NCBI RefSeq assembly: GCF_004010195.1
Contig: NC_057718.1
Location: 91,187,986-91,251,985 of the forward strand
DNA: 64,000 nt
Reading direction: 5' to 3'
From: Chiloscyllium plagiosum
Taxonomy: Eukaryota
The notes below the pieces were generated by a model. That model saw nothing but the letters and a program-made list of their open reading frames with translations. It did not search any database and was not told the origin of the DNA. This document shows, in pieces, positions 63,475-64,000 of this stretch. Each line of letters opens with the position of its first letter. Position 1 is the stretch's first letter. The position numbers and the translations under genes are program-made.

Positions 63475-64000
63475 ATTGAGCTTGGTTGTGCAGGGCACAG
63501 CAAACAATCCTTTTCAGACCTCTGAGCAGTCCAGGCAATGGAAGCATATCTTCAGTAGACCAATTGTCTATTCAATGATGGCCCAGACAATACTTATTTT
63601 TTGTGTGCTTGCTATCCAGGTAACTGCAGCCTTCTTGCCTGTGGTCACAAATGAACTGAACATTGGAGAGAAATCCTTCCACATCAGGAATTTGCCTGCA
63701 TTATACCACAGAGCGCGGAGCACCACCTGTTCAGCAGATTGCCCCTTGTAGAGGATGGAATTCAGCAATGTCTGCAAATCCAATGGCTCAGCTGCCTTGG
63801 CTGTCTGGGTGCCTGAAGAACTGGACAAACAGATTTGCTTTCCTGCAAAGGGTGTGGTTGAACTCACAAATGCATCTCTGGCTTGCCAGTAGGTCAAACC
63901 CACATATGTCCTCGGCTGAGGCTGATGTTTGAAAGGAACCATGACTAGGAAATTAAATGCTGCTGTGATTTTCACGGCCCCAGGACCTCCGAAGCTATGT
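63475..64000 (-). mobile_element. HARBI1-like Harbinger transposase pseudogene fragment
   Basis: KITAAFNFL, AIIE*TIGLLKICFHCLD and VCCALHN motifs, with frameshifts and deletions. Confidence 0.7.

Overview
Eukaryotic vertebrate genomic DNA. The repeat content (HE1-like V-SINEs, CR1/HER1-like LINEs, Deu-domain SINEs) points to a cartilaginous fish, probably a shark. Two genes lie head-to-head around a CpG-rich promoter at ~12.05-12.4 kb. CRNKL1 is on the minus strand, with coding exons 1-6 here (266 codons) and the gene continuing off the left edge. CFAP61 is on the plus strand, with 7 coding exons found and the gene continuing off the right edge. CRNKL1 intron 5 is a U12-type AT-AC intron. The introns are filled with decayed CR1, L2 and Rex/Babar LINEs, SINEs, two Gypsy LTR retrotransposons (one Gmr1-type with integrase before RT and a tRNA-Pro PBS) and PIF/Harbinger remnants. 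Most notable: (1) several families of short, often fold-back, Penelope-type insertions sharing a minimal hammerhead-ribozyme-like core, four of them with 15-bp target-site duplications; (2) a 666-bp element made of LTR + exactly 18-nt PBS + an inverted LTR end, flanked by a perfect 4-bp TSD, resembling an integrated snap-back plus-strand strong-stop cDNA. Two assembly gaps are present. All calls were made by eye without database searches, and TE boundaries are approximate.
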